Shown here piece by piece: positions 29,565 to 37,239 of a stretch of DNA of 64,000 nt; the first letter of the stretch is position 1; the number at the start of each line of letters is the position of its first letter. The translations under genes and the position numbers were made by a program. The notes below the pieces were generated by a model. It worked only from the letters and a program-made list of their open reading frames with translations, was not told where the DNA came from and searched no databases. The stretch is from positions 138,378 to 202,377 of the forward strand of contig JAGLON010000002.1 of NCBI GenBank assembly GCA_023138975.1, given 5' to 3'. This DNA is from Candidatus Zixiibacteriota bacterium (GTDB lineage: Bacteria; Zixibacteria; MSB-5A5; GN15; JAAZOE01).

Positions 29565-30990
29565 TCAATCAGATATTCTACTACAGGCGACGGAGCTATA
29601 TTCCGAAAATCCCGCAATAATTACAAAAAGCAAGACTCTGACTTTCTCCGAGTTAAATAGCATTGTGAAAAAAGCTGTCGCCAATCTTAGCTCTATTGGG
29701 TTTAGAAAAGGCGAGATTCTAGCGGTTCTGGACAGAAATTCGATTGATTATGTAACTGCATTCTGGACGGCTCATCGCATGGGTTTGGTCTTGATGCCTC
29801 TGAATATCAATACTTCTGCCAGTGATTGGGGAGAACAGATTGCCGCCGCGAAGTGCCGGGTATTGCTATATGCCAAAGATTACTCGCAATATTTTAATAC
29901 AGCCCAGAACTCACTGCCGTTAAAGATGCTGTCCGGTCGGCCTTTACATGATTCAAGCACAAACTATATTCCATCGGCTAACGATGATGCGGTGATAATG
30001 TTCAGCTCCGGCTCCACCGGAAAACCTAATAGTATCGTCTTGAGTCGGGATAATCTCTATCACAGCGCCACCGGAGCTAATAAAGCCATACTGGTAACGC
30101 CCGACAATACATGGCTGGCCGTTCTGCCGTTTTACCACATCGGAGGACTCTCGATCCTTTATCGTGCGGCTCTATCGGGAAGTGCCGTTTATGTTTTTCC
30201 TGAATTTAGTACGATAGAGATTATTTCCTGTATCGAACAACAAGACTCTGTTTTGCTATCGGTCGTGCCTACGATGCTAAAAGAGTTGATGAAACTTGAT
30301 AAAGACAATTCTCTCGCATCCTGCAAAGCGATTATATTAGGCGGTGCCGGATTCGATGACGGCTTGAAAAATAGTATTATTGAAAAAAGGCTTCCTGTCC
30401 TAACGACCTATGGCATGACGGAAACGTCCTCAATGGTAACATTGCTGCCTCTAACCGATGCCGGGAATCGACTTGATACATCAGGAACAGTACTCTCCGA
30501 GCGGGAGGTAAAAATATCCGATGATAAACATATTCTGGTTCGAGGCAAAACGGTTTTCAGTCGTAAAGTTGACGGACAAAAGATGAATAAAAGCGACGAT
30601 TGGTTCGATACCGGGGACATTGGCCGTATTTCAGAAGACGGTTATCTAACAGTCACCGGACGAGCAGGCCGAATGATTGTCTCCGGTGGTGAGAATATAG
30701 ATTTAACTCGCATAGAAAATGAACTTTTAGCAATTTCGGGAGTTGATGGTGCGATTGTTATGTCCCGCTCGGATAAAAAGTGGGGAGCAAGACCGGTTGC
30801 GTTTGTCAAAGCTACAGACATTAAATTATCCGATTCCATGATTTGTGCTATAATTTCAGACAAGTTAGGGAAGATTTACATTCCTGATAGGATAGTTTTT
30901 CTGAATAATATACCTCTAACCGGAAGCGGAAAGATTGATTTAGTGGCAATAAAAAACAAGCACTCTGAACTGTTTGTGGAGTCCGCCTAA
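29542..30990 (+). CDS. menE: o-succinylbenzoate--CoA ligase
   Basis: AMP-binding motifs MFSSGSTGKPNS, TYGMTETSS and WFDTGDIG. Start placed at the ATG at 29542 (or 29554), overlapping the end of menC. The track ORF start at 29398 lies deep inside menC. Confidence 0.85.
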   Translation: MESDMTNSQSDILLQATELYSENPAIITKSKTLTFSELNSIVKKAVANLSSIGFRKGEILAVLDRNSIDYVTAFWTAHRMGLVLMPLNINTSASDWGEQIAAAKCRVLLYAKDYSQYFNTAQNSLPLKMLSGRPLHDSSTNYIPSANDDAVIMFSSGSTGKPNSIVLSRDNLYHSATGANKAILVTPDNTWLAVLPFYHIGGLSILYRAALSGSAVYVFPEFSTIEIISCIEQQDSVLLSVVPTMLKELMKLDKDNSLASCKAIILGGAGFDDGLKNSIIEKRLPVLTTYGMTETSSMVTLLPLTDAGNRLDTSGTVLSEREVKISDDKHILVRGKTVFSRKVDGQKMNKSDDWFDTGDIGRISEDGYLTVTGRAGRMIVSGGENIDLTRIENELLAISGVDGAIVMSRSDKKWGARPVAFVKATDIKLSDSMICAIISDKLGKIYIPDRIVFLNNIPLTGSGKIDLVAIKNKHSELFVESA

Positions 30991-31403
30991 TCGTTACAAG
31001 CAAGCTCCTGCAGTTTCTCTTTAAATTTCCCAGGCAGAGGAATTTTCTTACCGGATTCTGGATCTATTGTCACATGAACTGTTTTAGCCGACCCTACTAC
31101 CGTTTCATCAAAAATAGTCAATTTGTAACTCAGTGTAAAAGAAGTCGTGCCTACTTTCTCAATTTCGAGAATAATCTCAACCGTATCGCCATCTTTCAGC
31201 GGATGATAAAAATCGGTCTCGGCGTGAACGATTGGAATAAAAAAATCTCTTTTCCTAAAACGGTCCTGAAATCCGAATCCGGCCTTGGTGAGCATACTTT
31301 CATATACATTGTGGACAATTTTTAGCTGATTGGCAAAAAAGAGAATTCCGGCGGCATCGGTATCATGGAGTTGAACAGTATAATAATCTTTAAAAGTTGG
31401 CAT
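30987..31403 (-). CDS. Hotdog-fold (4HBT/YbgC-type) thioesterase, probable DHNA-CoA hydrolase
   Basis: 138 aa. The N-terminal VQLHDTDAAGILFF motif is typical of 4HBT-type thioesterases, including cyanobacterial-type DHNA-CoA thioesterases. Adjacent to menE. Confidence 0.6.
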   Translation of the reverse strand: MPTFKDYYTVQLHDTDAAGILFFANQLKIVHNVYESMLTKAGFGFQDRFRKRDFFIPIVHAETDFYHPLKDGDTVEIILEIEKVGTTSFTLSYKLTIFDETVVGSAKTVHVTIDPESGKKIPLPGKFKEKLQELACND

Positions 31404-31559
31404 AATAACCTCGTGATAAATGTAATCGAAATATATCCCAAAATCGGGTGATTGTCAAAGTCAATATACTATGCGATCAAGTAGTCATAATAAACCCATA
31501 ATATGGAGTGAAAACAGTACAAAAAAGTCTTGAATTTTGCGCCATTGTTGCAGAACCGC

Positions 31560-31588
31560 TTGACAATCAGACGTAGATGTTGTATCTA
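31560..31588 (+). promoter_or_regulatory. Sigma70-like promoter candidate
   Basis: TTGACA (31560-31565), 17-nt spacer, TATCTA. About 40 nt upstream of the ATG at 31628. Confidence 0.35.
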
Positions 31589-31627
31589 ATTTTGCTGGTA
31601 AAAAAGGCCTAACTTTTTCTGAGTATT

Positions 31628-32227
31628 ATGGATAAGAAACAGGAATATTTCAATTTATTCGGCGATAATTGGGACAAGGACCTCACCGCTGAGGATCTCG
31701 AACGCCTGACCCATCTAATTGACAAAGTAAAGATAACCGAAGGTATCAAAGTCTGTGATTTGGGCTGCGGAACCGGTGTCATGTTTGATTTACTTCGCCG
31801 CCGTGTTGGTGAAAAGGGGATGATTGTCGGGGTCGATTTTGCTCCCCGTGTGGCTCATAAAGCTCACCGTAATTTCCCGTTCCATAATGTCGGAGTGGTA
31901 GAAGCCCGAGCGTCTCAGCTACCATTTTACAAAGATAATTTTGATCTTGTAATTTCTTTTGCCGCTTTCGCTCATTTCTGCAATAAAGATAAATCGATTC
32001 ACCAGGCTTGGCATATTCTTAAGCCGGGTGGACGAATTGTAATTATCCATTTTGCCGGTCGCGATGAATTGGCTCGTCAACATCACGAAGCTGGTGGTCC
32101 TATCGACTGCGATGAACTCCCTACCCGGGATCAACTTGCGATGATGTTTGAAAAAAGCCATTTCAATCGCTTTGAACTCACCGAAAACAAAGATCTATAT
32201 TTAGCCATCGGCTATAAAGACAAGTGA
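31628..32227 (+). CDS. Class I SAM-dependent methyltransferase (position suggests a demethylmenaquinone methyltransferase role)
   Basis: SAM-binding motif VCDLGCGTG and LKPGGRIVIIHF. It lacks the typical UbiE/MenG signature, so the function is inferred from context only. Confidence 0.55.
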   Translation: MDKKQEYFNLFGDNWDKDLTAEDLERLTHLIDKVKITEGIKVCDLGCGTGVMFDLLRRRVGEKGMIVGVDFAPRVAHKAHRNFPFHNVGVVEARASQLPFYKDNFDLVISFAAFAHFCNKDKSIHQAWHILKPGGRIVIIHFAGRDELARQHHEAGGPIDCDELPTRDQLAMMFEKSHFNRFELTENKDLYLAIGYKDK

Positions 32228-32730
32228 ACCCCCGAATACAGTTTATTGTTAGAACGGCGCTTTTCCTTGCGATAAGCGTAGTTTTCCCTATTGCCTTTCA
32301 TCAGTTTGGGCTTGGCGGGCGGGTATTTCTGCCGATGCATATACCGGTTTTATTAGCCGGCGCTATGTTCGGGCCAATGTCCGGAGCGTTTATCGGCCTT
32401 CTCGCACCGGGGCTTTCGGCGATGATAACAGGTATGCCGCCAACTTACGCGGTACCGCTAATGACACTAGAACTGGTTCTTTACGGAGCAACAATGGGGC
32501 TCTTTCAAGTGAGGTATAAACTCAATATTTATGTTGCGCTGTGTCTGGCTCTCATCGTTGGGCGGATAGGTTTCGCTGTGGGGCTTTTTGTATTGGGACT
32601 GTTTCTTGAGATGCCATACGGTGTCAAGGAGTTTTTTACCGGAGCCGTAATCGCCGGATTGCCGGGGATTGCTATTCAGATAATTTTTATTCCTCCTCTC
32701 GTTATGACAATTAAAAAGCGCTTTAATTAA
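32224..32730 (+). CDS. ECF-transporter S-component-like integral membrane protein
   Basis: GTG start overlapping the methyltransferase stop. About 5-6 TM helices. The small hydrophobic protein resembles ECF substrate-capture subunits (pattern recall only). Confidence 0.4.
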   Translation: MNPRIQFIVRTALFLAISVVFPIAFHQFGLGGRVFLPMHIPVLLAGAMFGPMSGAFIGLLAPGLSAMITGMPPTYAVPLMTLELVLYGATMGLFQVRYKLNIYVALCLALIVGRIGFAVGLFVLGLFLEMPYGVKEFFTGAVIAGLPGIAIQIIFIPPLVMTIKKRFN

Positions 32731-32750
32731 TAACGACGACAAATTCCCTA

Positions 32751-32779
32751 TTGATTAATAAGACATTATTGCTTATGAT
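32751..32779 (+). promoter_or_regulatory. Sigma70-like promoter giving a leaderless or near-leaderless mRNA
   Basis: TTGATT (32751-32756), 17-nt spacer, TATGAT (32774-32779). The ATG at 32788 lies only 8 nt after the -10 element and has no SD. Confidence 0.45.
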
Positions 32780-32787
32780 AGTGTGTC

Positions 32788-33906
32788 ATGTTCGATTTTA
32801 CCTCAACAGGAAATAAATCTCTTCTTTACAGTCCCTGTGCCGCAATAATAAATTCTCGTCAAGCAGCTTTTCCGGTGGGCAGCAATCCTTGGGTGAAAAA
32901 CAGTCTCAGGGCGGTGGAGCATATTGCCGGGCGGGAAAAGACGATCGTTACTTCGATTGGCATGAACACCTGGGAACTGGTTTTGGCCTGCGCCTCTCGA
33001 ATTGGCATCCCGGTCATTGTCATTATCCCGGATAAATACAGTACCAATGAACAACTGATAGATAAGCTCGTAGATGAGTTTAAACTATCTCCTGAAAACT
33101 TGTGCCTTCTGTTCCCAGAGACTGATTTCAGGGCCAAGCAGGATCGGATGCATTGGCGCGACAATGTTGTCTGCGATATTGCTGATTCGGTTATCCCCGT
33201 TTCAATAAGACCCAAGGGGCATTTTGATACTTTCTTGCAAACAACTGACAAGCAGATATTTAGCCGTTATCACGTACCGTTTTCCAAATCCGCCCGCCCC
33301 CGACCTAATTATAATAATATAAGTTTCTCATCAGAATTAAATGACGACTGGGTCATTCATTTCACCCGAAGTAATAAATACTCGCGACCGGGCCAGAGCA
33401 AATTTGACTATTATAGAGAGATAATCAATTCCGACGCTGAATACTGTAATTCGGCTTTCAATAATCTTATGAGTATTCTTAGATTAAAAAAGATTTTTGC
33501 CTCCGGTAAGTATATCCGTTCAGATAAGCCCGTGGTCGGTTTTACATTGTACAATAGTGACTTCGCCGGAAATCTCTTTCGATATCGTCCTCGAATGATA
33601 AATCCCTATTTTGAGCCCTTCGGTATTGCCCTGCAAAAAGAATACGCCCGAGAGATTGGGCTCAAGCCGGTAATTTATGGAAATATTGATAATTACAAAT
33701 CCTTGGCAAATACAGAAAAACCGCTTTTTCAGGCTGAAGGAATAAAGGGTCAATGGATATCTGATCATGAATGGAGGCATATAGGTGATCTTGACTTAAA
33801 CGGCTTAGATTCGAAATCGGTTCGTGTCGTTGTCCCGCGAAACCTTGACAGATTAAGGCTCCATGATGCGACTCCATTTCAAATAACAACAATATCAATT
33901 GAGTAA
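32788..33906 (+). CDS. Two-domain protein: N-terminal DprA/LOG-like (SLOG-type) Rossmann domain fused to a C-terminal AbiGi-like domain
   Basis: The N-terminal pattern IINSRQ..(25)..TIVTSIGMNTWELVLACASRIGIPVIVIIP...LLFPE...RDNVVCDIADSVIPVSIRPKG parallels DprA motifs (IVGSR / VSGxAxGIDxxAH / TIAVLG / RNRIIsgLs...SG). The C-terminal pattern WVIHFTRS...NLMSILRLKKIFAS...VVGFT...FEPFGIALQKEYAREIGLKPVIYG parallels the AbiGi-family pattern. Confidence 0.45.
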   Translation: MFDFTSTGNKSLLYSPCAAIINSRQAAFPVGSNPWVKNSLRAVEHIAGREKTIVTSIGMNTWELVLACASRIGIPVIVIIPDKYSTNEQLIDKLVDEFKLSPENLCLLFPETDFRAKQDRMHWRDNVVCDIADSVIPVSIRPKGHFDTFLQTTDKQIFSRYHVPFSKSARPRPNYNNISFSSELNDDWVIHFTRSNKYSRPGQSKFDYYREIINSDAEYCNSAFNNLMSILRLKKIFASGKYIRSDKPVVGFTLYNSDFAGNLFRYRPRMINPYFEPFGIALQKEYAREIGLKPVIYGNIDNYKSLANTEKPLFQAEGIKGQWISDHEWRHIGDLDLNGLDSKSVRVVVPRNLDRLRLHDATPFQITTISIE

Positions 33907-34152
33907 AAAGTAGTAGTTTTTTTTATTCCGGAAAATTCCATTGTCAGGCAATCTGAGAATAGTATTCCCAATATTGTTTTACTCTGCCAATATACAGAAA
34001 TAGTTAAGATATTATAGGACAGTAAGTAGAGGGGGATATATATGATTGGCTTCGCCTCTGACAGAGGAGAGATACTCCACAATTCCTCAAAAAGCAATGG
34101 ACACTTATTTTTGAAGCTTGTGAAAAAATTATCAAAATAATAGTAAAATAGC

Positions 34153-34180
34153 TTGACATCTGACTGTCAGAAAATATATT
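34153..34180 (+). promoter_or_regulatory. Sigma70-like promoter of the atp operon, with a palindrome in the spacer
   Basis: TTGACA (34153-34158), 16-nt spacer containing TCTGAC-T-GTCAGA, then TATATT (34175-34180). Confidence 0.5.
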
Positions 34181-34308
34181 CACTCCTTGTGGTACCGAGT
34201 GCGAATGCACTCTATGATCGTTAACTTTAGCCGGTTGATATTATTGATTTTAAGCGCAAAAGAAATGAGGGATTTCGACAACTTGGCATAGCAACAACGA
34301 TTCCCTTT

Positions 34309-34485
34309 ATGTTGTTAGCTGGACCGCTGCTGGGATTCTTTGGCGGCAACTGGTTAGACGAGAAATTTGGTACCGAACCTTACCTGATGATAATCCTGAT
34401 ACTTGTGGGGTTATTGGCATCGGGCAAGGAAACTTATAAACTGTTGAAGCAGCTTACGGATGACAGCGAAGATTCTAAAAAGTAG
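34309..34485 (+). CDS. AtpZ/AtpR-like small membrane protein (putative F0F1-ATPase-associated subunit)
   Basis: Not in the track (under 60 aa from the first ATG). Sequence ..LGIATTIPFMLLAGPLLGFFGGNWLDEKFGTEPYLMIILILVGLLASGKETYKLLKQL... matches the AtpZ pattern (GxxLGyxLDxxxgTxPw...G). It overlaps the atpI start. The open frame extends upstream to 34231 without a canonical start. Confidence 0.55.
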   Translation: MLLAGPLLGFFGGNWLDEKFGTEPYLMIILILVGLLASGKETYKLLKQLTDDSEDSKK

Positions 34486-34888
34486 TTTTGGTCTCGATTT
34501 CATTCAGCGGACGCTGAAAACAACCGGAGTAGTACTTCTGGTGACATTTGCCTGTGGAGCCTATTATTTCGGATTCTACGATGCTCTGGCCTATTTCTCA
34601 GCCGGTATCTGGTCAATGGTTAATTTGATTTTTCTATCGGCGCTGGTACGCACAGCCCTAAAACCTGAAGGGGTTGATAAAGTGGCCACTGCGGTTTTGG
34701 CGTTGATAAAATTCCCCCTGCTTTACGGAGCGGGGTATTTTCTTCTTACCGTAGAGATATTTCGCCCGATCCCGCTTGTCATCGGACTTTCGTTGGTCAT
34801 TCTAATAATGTTTCTCAAAGCGGCTTCGCGGGTTTTATTAAATCTTGATGTTGTAAACCAGGAAGACAGCACCCGAGGTTTGGCATGA
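34460..34888 (+). CDS. atpI: ATP synthase protein I
   Basis: 142-aa protein with 4 TM helices immediately upstream of atpB. Confidence 0.65.
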   Translation: MTAKILKSSFGLDFIQRTLKTTGVVLLVTFACGAYYFGFYDALAYFSAGIWSMVNLIFLSALVRTALKPEGVDKVATAVLALIKFPLLYGAGYFLLTVEIFRPIPLVIGLSLVILIMFLKAASRVLLNLDVVNQEDSTRGLA

Positions 34889-35736
34889 TTCAATACAAGT
34901 TTTTAAATAACATAATTATTGCAACTCAGGAAGTGGCCGGTCATGCTGAAAAAGCAGCCGAGCACGGAGGCGATCACGGAGAAGACGGTCTCAGTATGCA
35001 CATTCCAAGTGCGCTGACTTTTTTCGACAAGTGGTTTGGTACTGCTTATGCGCATCATTTTGCCGTCACTTTCTTCGCTCTCCTGATTGCTGTTATCATG
35101 ATGATCTGTGCTTTAGTTGTATACCGAAAACGCCAGATGATTCCCGGTCCTTTCCAGAACGTTGTCGAAATGATTTTCGAAGGTTTATATAACCTCGTTT
35201 ATTCGATGCTGGGTAAGGATACCGACCGTTATATTCCATTTTTAGGAACATTGTTCCTCTATATCTGGTTTATGAATTTGAGCGGTTTGGTGCCGTTTTT
35301 CCATGCGCCGACATCGGCTTTGAATATGACACTGGCTTTATCGATATCAGTCTTTTTCTACGTGCAGTATATTTCGCTAACTCGCTTGGGACCCAAAAAG
35401 TATTTGTTGCATTTATGCGGTGATCCGAGTTCCGGAGTAACGTGGGCATTGGTTATTATCAACTTCCCACTGCATTTTGTTGGAGAGTTCATCAAACCGT
35501 TTTCACTGGCGATGCGACTTTTCGGAAATATTTTCGGTGAGGATACTCTCATCGCGGTTATGATTTCACTTGGCGTTGTGTTTATGTCAATATTCTGGCA
35601 CGATGCCTATGTCGGTGTACCATTCCAGTTGCCGTTTTACTTCTTGTCATTGCTACTCGGTACAATTCAGGCACTGGTATTTACCATGCTCTCGACCAGT
35701 TATATCATGATGGCTCTGCCTCATGGAGAGCACTAA
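34885..35736 (+). CDS. atpB: F0F1 ATP synthase subunit a
   Basis: Conserved LAMRLFGNIFGED (essential Arg) and multiple TM helices, in operon context. Confidence 0.9.
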   Translation: MIQYKFLNNIIIATQEVAGHAEKAAEHGGDHGEDGLSMHIPSALTFFDKWFGTAYAHHFAVTFFALLIAVIMMICALVVYRKRQMIPGPFQNVVEMIFEGLYNLVYSMLGKDTDRYIPFLGTLFLYIWFMNLSGLVPFFHAPTSALNMTLALSISVFFYVQYISLTRLGPKKYLLHLCGDPSSGVTWALVIINFPLHFVGEFIKPFSLAMRLFGNIFGEDTLIAVMISLGVVFMSIFWHDAYVGVPFQLPFYFLSLLLGTIQALVFTMLSTSYIMMALPHGEH

Positions 35737-35806
35737 AAAAGAAAGTAATTGAAACAGAAAATAGAGAATTAAACGATATCAACTTTTGTATTTTTTGGAG
35801 GACGTA

Positions 35807-36043
35807 ATGGATTATCAGACTGGATTAGCGATTGCCGCTCCGCTGACAGTAGGTATAGCCGCTATTGGTTCCGCTCTTGGTTTGGGTAAAGCTGTTGGTT
35901 CGGCGATGGAAGCCATGGGGCGTCAGCCTGAAGCGATTGCGAAAATTCAGACCGGTATGATTATCGGTGCTGCCTTTATCGAAGCGTTGACAATTTATGC
36001 GCTGCTCGCATTTCTCCTGGTTATGGGAAAAATCGGCGCGTAA
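35807..36043 (+). CDS. atpE: F0F1 ATP synthase subunit c
   Basis: GLGKAVGSAMEAMGRQPE loop and the carboxylate helix AAFIEALTIYALL. ATG at 35807 behind a GGAGGA RBS; the track ORF begins at the upstream TTG at 35786. Confidence 0.9.
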   Translation: MDYQTGLAIAAPLTVGIAAIGSALGLGKAVGSAMEAMGRQPEAIAKIQTGMIIGAAFIEALTIYALLAFLLVMGKIGA

Positions 36044-36133
36044 TAATCGCTGTCGCAAGAGAGTAATTTGCGTAAAAACCTGCCGGTAAAAGACCGGGAC
36101 TAATATCTCGGCCTTTCCGGGGAGAAGATTTTT

Positions 36134-36616
36134 ATGGAACTTGACTGGAAACTTATATTAACACATATGCTCGGGTTTGTGATTACTGTCGTAATCCTTG
36201 CCAAGTTTGCCTGGAGACCTATCCTCGGCATTCTTGATGAGAGACGGGAGAAAATTAAATCCGAGTTCGACCAGATCGAGTCGGGAAAAAGCGAGATTGA
36301 AGAAACCAAAGCGGGCTATGATGCCAAGCTGAAGGATATTGATAATCTGGCGCGCCAGAAATTGACCGAGGCGGTCAACGATGGTCAGAAAGTCGCGGCT
36401 GAGATAAAAGAACAGGGCCGAGATGAAGCCAAGGAAATCATTTTCAAAGCTAAAGCCGAGACGGATCGGGAAGTTGAAAAAGCCCGTGCCGCGCTCAAAG
36501 AAGATATGGTGAAAATGACCATTGCCGCCGCGGAAAAAATAATCTCGAAGAAGTTGGACGAACAGGAAAATCGTCGTCTTATCAAGGACTTTATTGACAG
36601 TGTGGAGAAGGCATAG
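36134..36616 (+). CDS. atpF: F0F1 ATP synthase subunit b
   Basis: One N-terminal TM helix plus a long charged helix, in operon position. Confidence 0.85.
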   Translation: MELDWKLILTHMLGFVITVVILAKFAWRPILGILDERREKIKSEFDQIESGKSEIEETKAGYDAKLKDIDNLARQKLTEAVNDGQKVAAEIKEQGRDEAKEIIFKAKAETDREVEKARAALKEDMVKMTIAAAEKIISKKLDEQENRRLIKDFIDSVEKA

Positions 36617-36619
36617 CTT

Positions 36620-37168
36620 ATGTTAGCGCAGGAAGTTGCCAAGAAATATTCGACCGCGCTGTTTAATATCGTCAATGAGAAAGGGCTGATTGACGAGGCG
36701 TTTGAACAGTTTGAAGAACTGGACAAGCTGATCAACAGTGACGCGTCGCTTTTACAGTTTTTACTGGCTCCGCATATTTTGGACCAGAATAAAATTACCC
36801 TTTTAAGAGATGTTTTTACACAACGTCTTAATCCGCTCTTTTTGGAATTTCTCTTAGTGCTTATCAGTAAACACCGGATCGGTTTCCTGCATGAAATCAT
36901 CGAAGAGTTCCGGTGGCGAGTTGCTAACGCGCGGGGAATGCTTGTCGCAAAAGTTACGACCGCTATTCCGCTAAATGATGCCGACCGGGCGAGTTTAATC
37001 GCCAAGTTGGCTTCTCGGACCGGAAAATCAATCGAGCTCGAGGAAAAAGTTGATTCTGCCATTTTAGGCGGAATGATTGTAATCTTGGGTGATCAGATTA
37101 TCGATGGTTCTGTAAAACACGGTTTGGCGTTATTGAAAGAAGATTTGATGAAACTGAGTGTGAATTAA
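36620..37168 (+). CDS. atpH: F0F1 ATP synthase subunit delta (OSCP)
   Basis: AKKYSTALFNI... OSCP-like N-terminus, C-terminal ILGGMIV..GDQIIDGSVK, in operon position. Confidence 0.85.
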   Translation: MLAQEVAKKYSTALFNIVNEKGLIDEAFEQFEELDKLINSDASLLQFLLAPHILDQNKITLLRDVFTQRLNPLFLEFLLVLISKHRIGFLHEIIEEFRWRVANARGMLVAKVTTAIPLNDADRASLIAKLASRTGKSIELEEKVDSAILGGMIVILGDQIIDGSVKHGLALLKEDLMKLSVN

Positions 37169-37239
37169 TCTGTTAATTTACGCCCGGTATTATCACTAGT
37201 TTTGAAAAAAATGAATTAACTATACGGGAGTAGTGCCTT

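Noticed and set aside
35807-36043. The possibility that this is a Na+-translocating (N-type or Na+-F-type) ATP synthase.
   Set aside because: The c subunit lacks the Na+-ligand set: helix 1 has no Gln (GLG instead of GQG), and the carboxylate motif is IEAL, not ES/ET. The operon also has the standard F-type order with a delta subunit. It is most simply H+-coupled.
36385-37062. A 225-aa ORF antisense to atpF/atpH. Similar long antisense ORFs lie at 5436-5903, 25578-26117, 20863-21354, 49826-50314 and 61772-62374.
   Set aside because: All lie opposite strongly supported genes. Their products are low-complexity or Ser/Arg-rich and have no RBS or motifs, which is typical of shadow frames.
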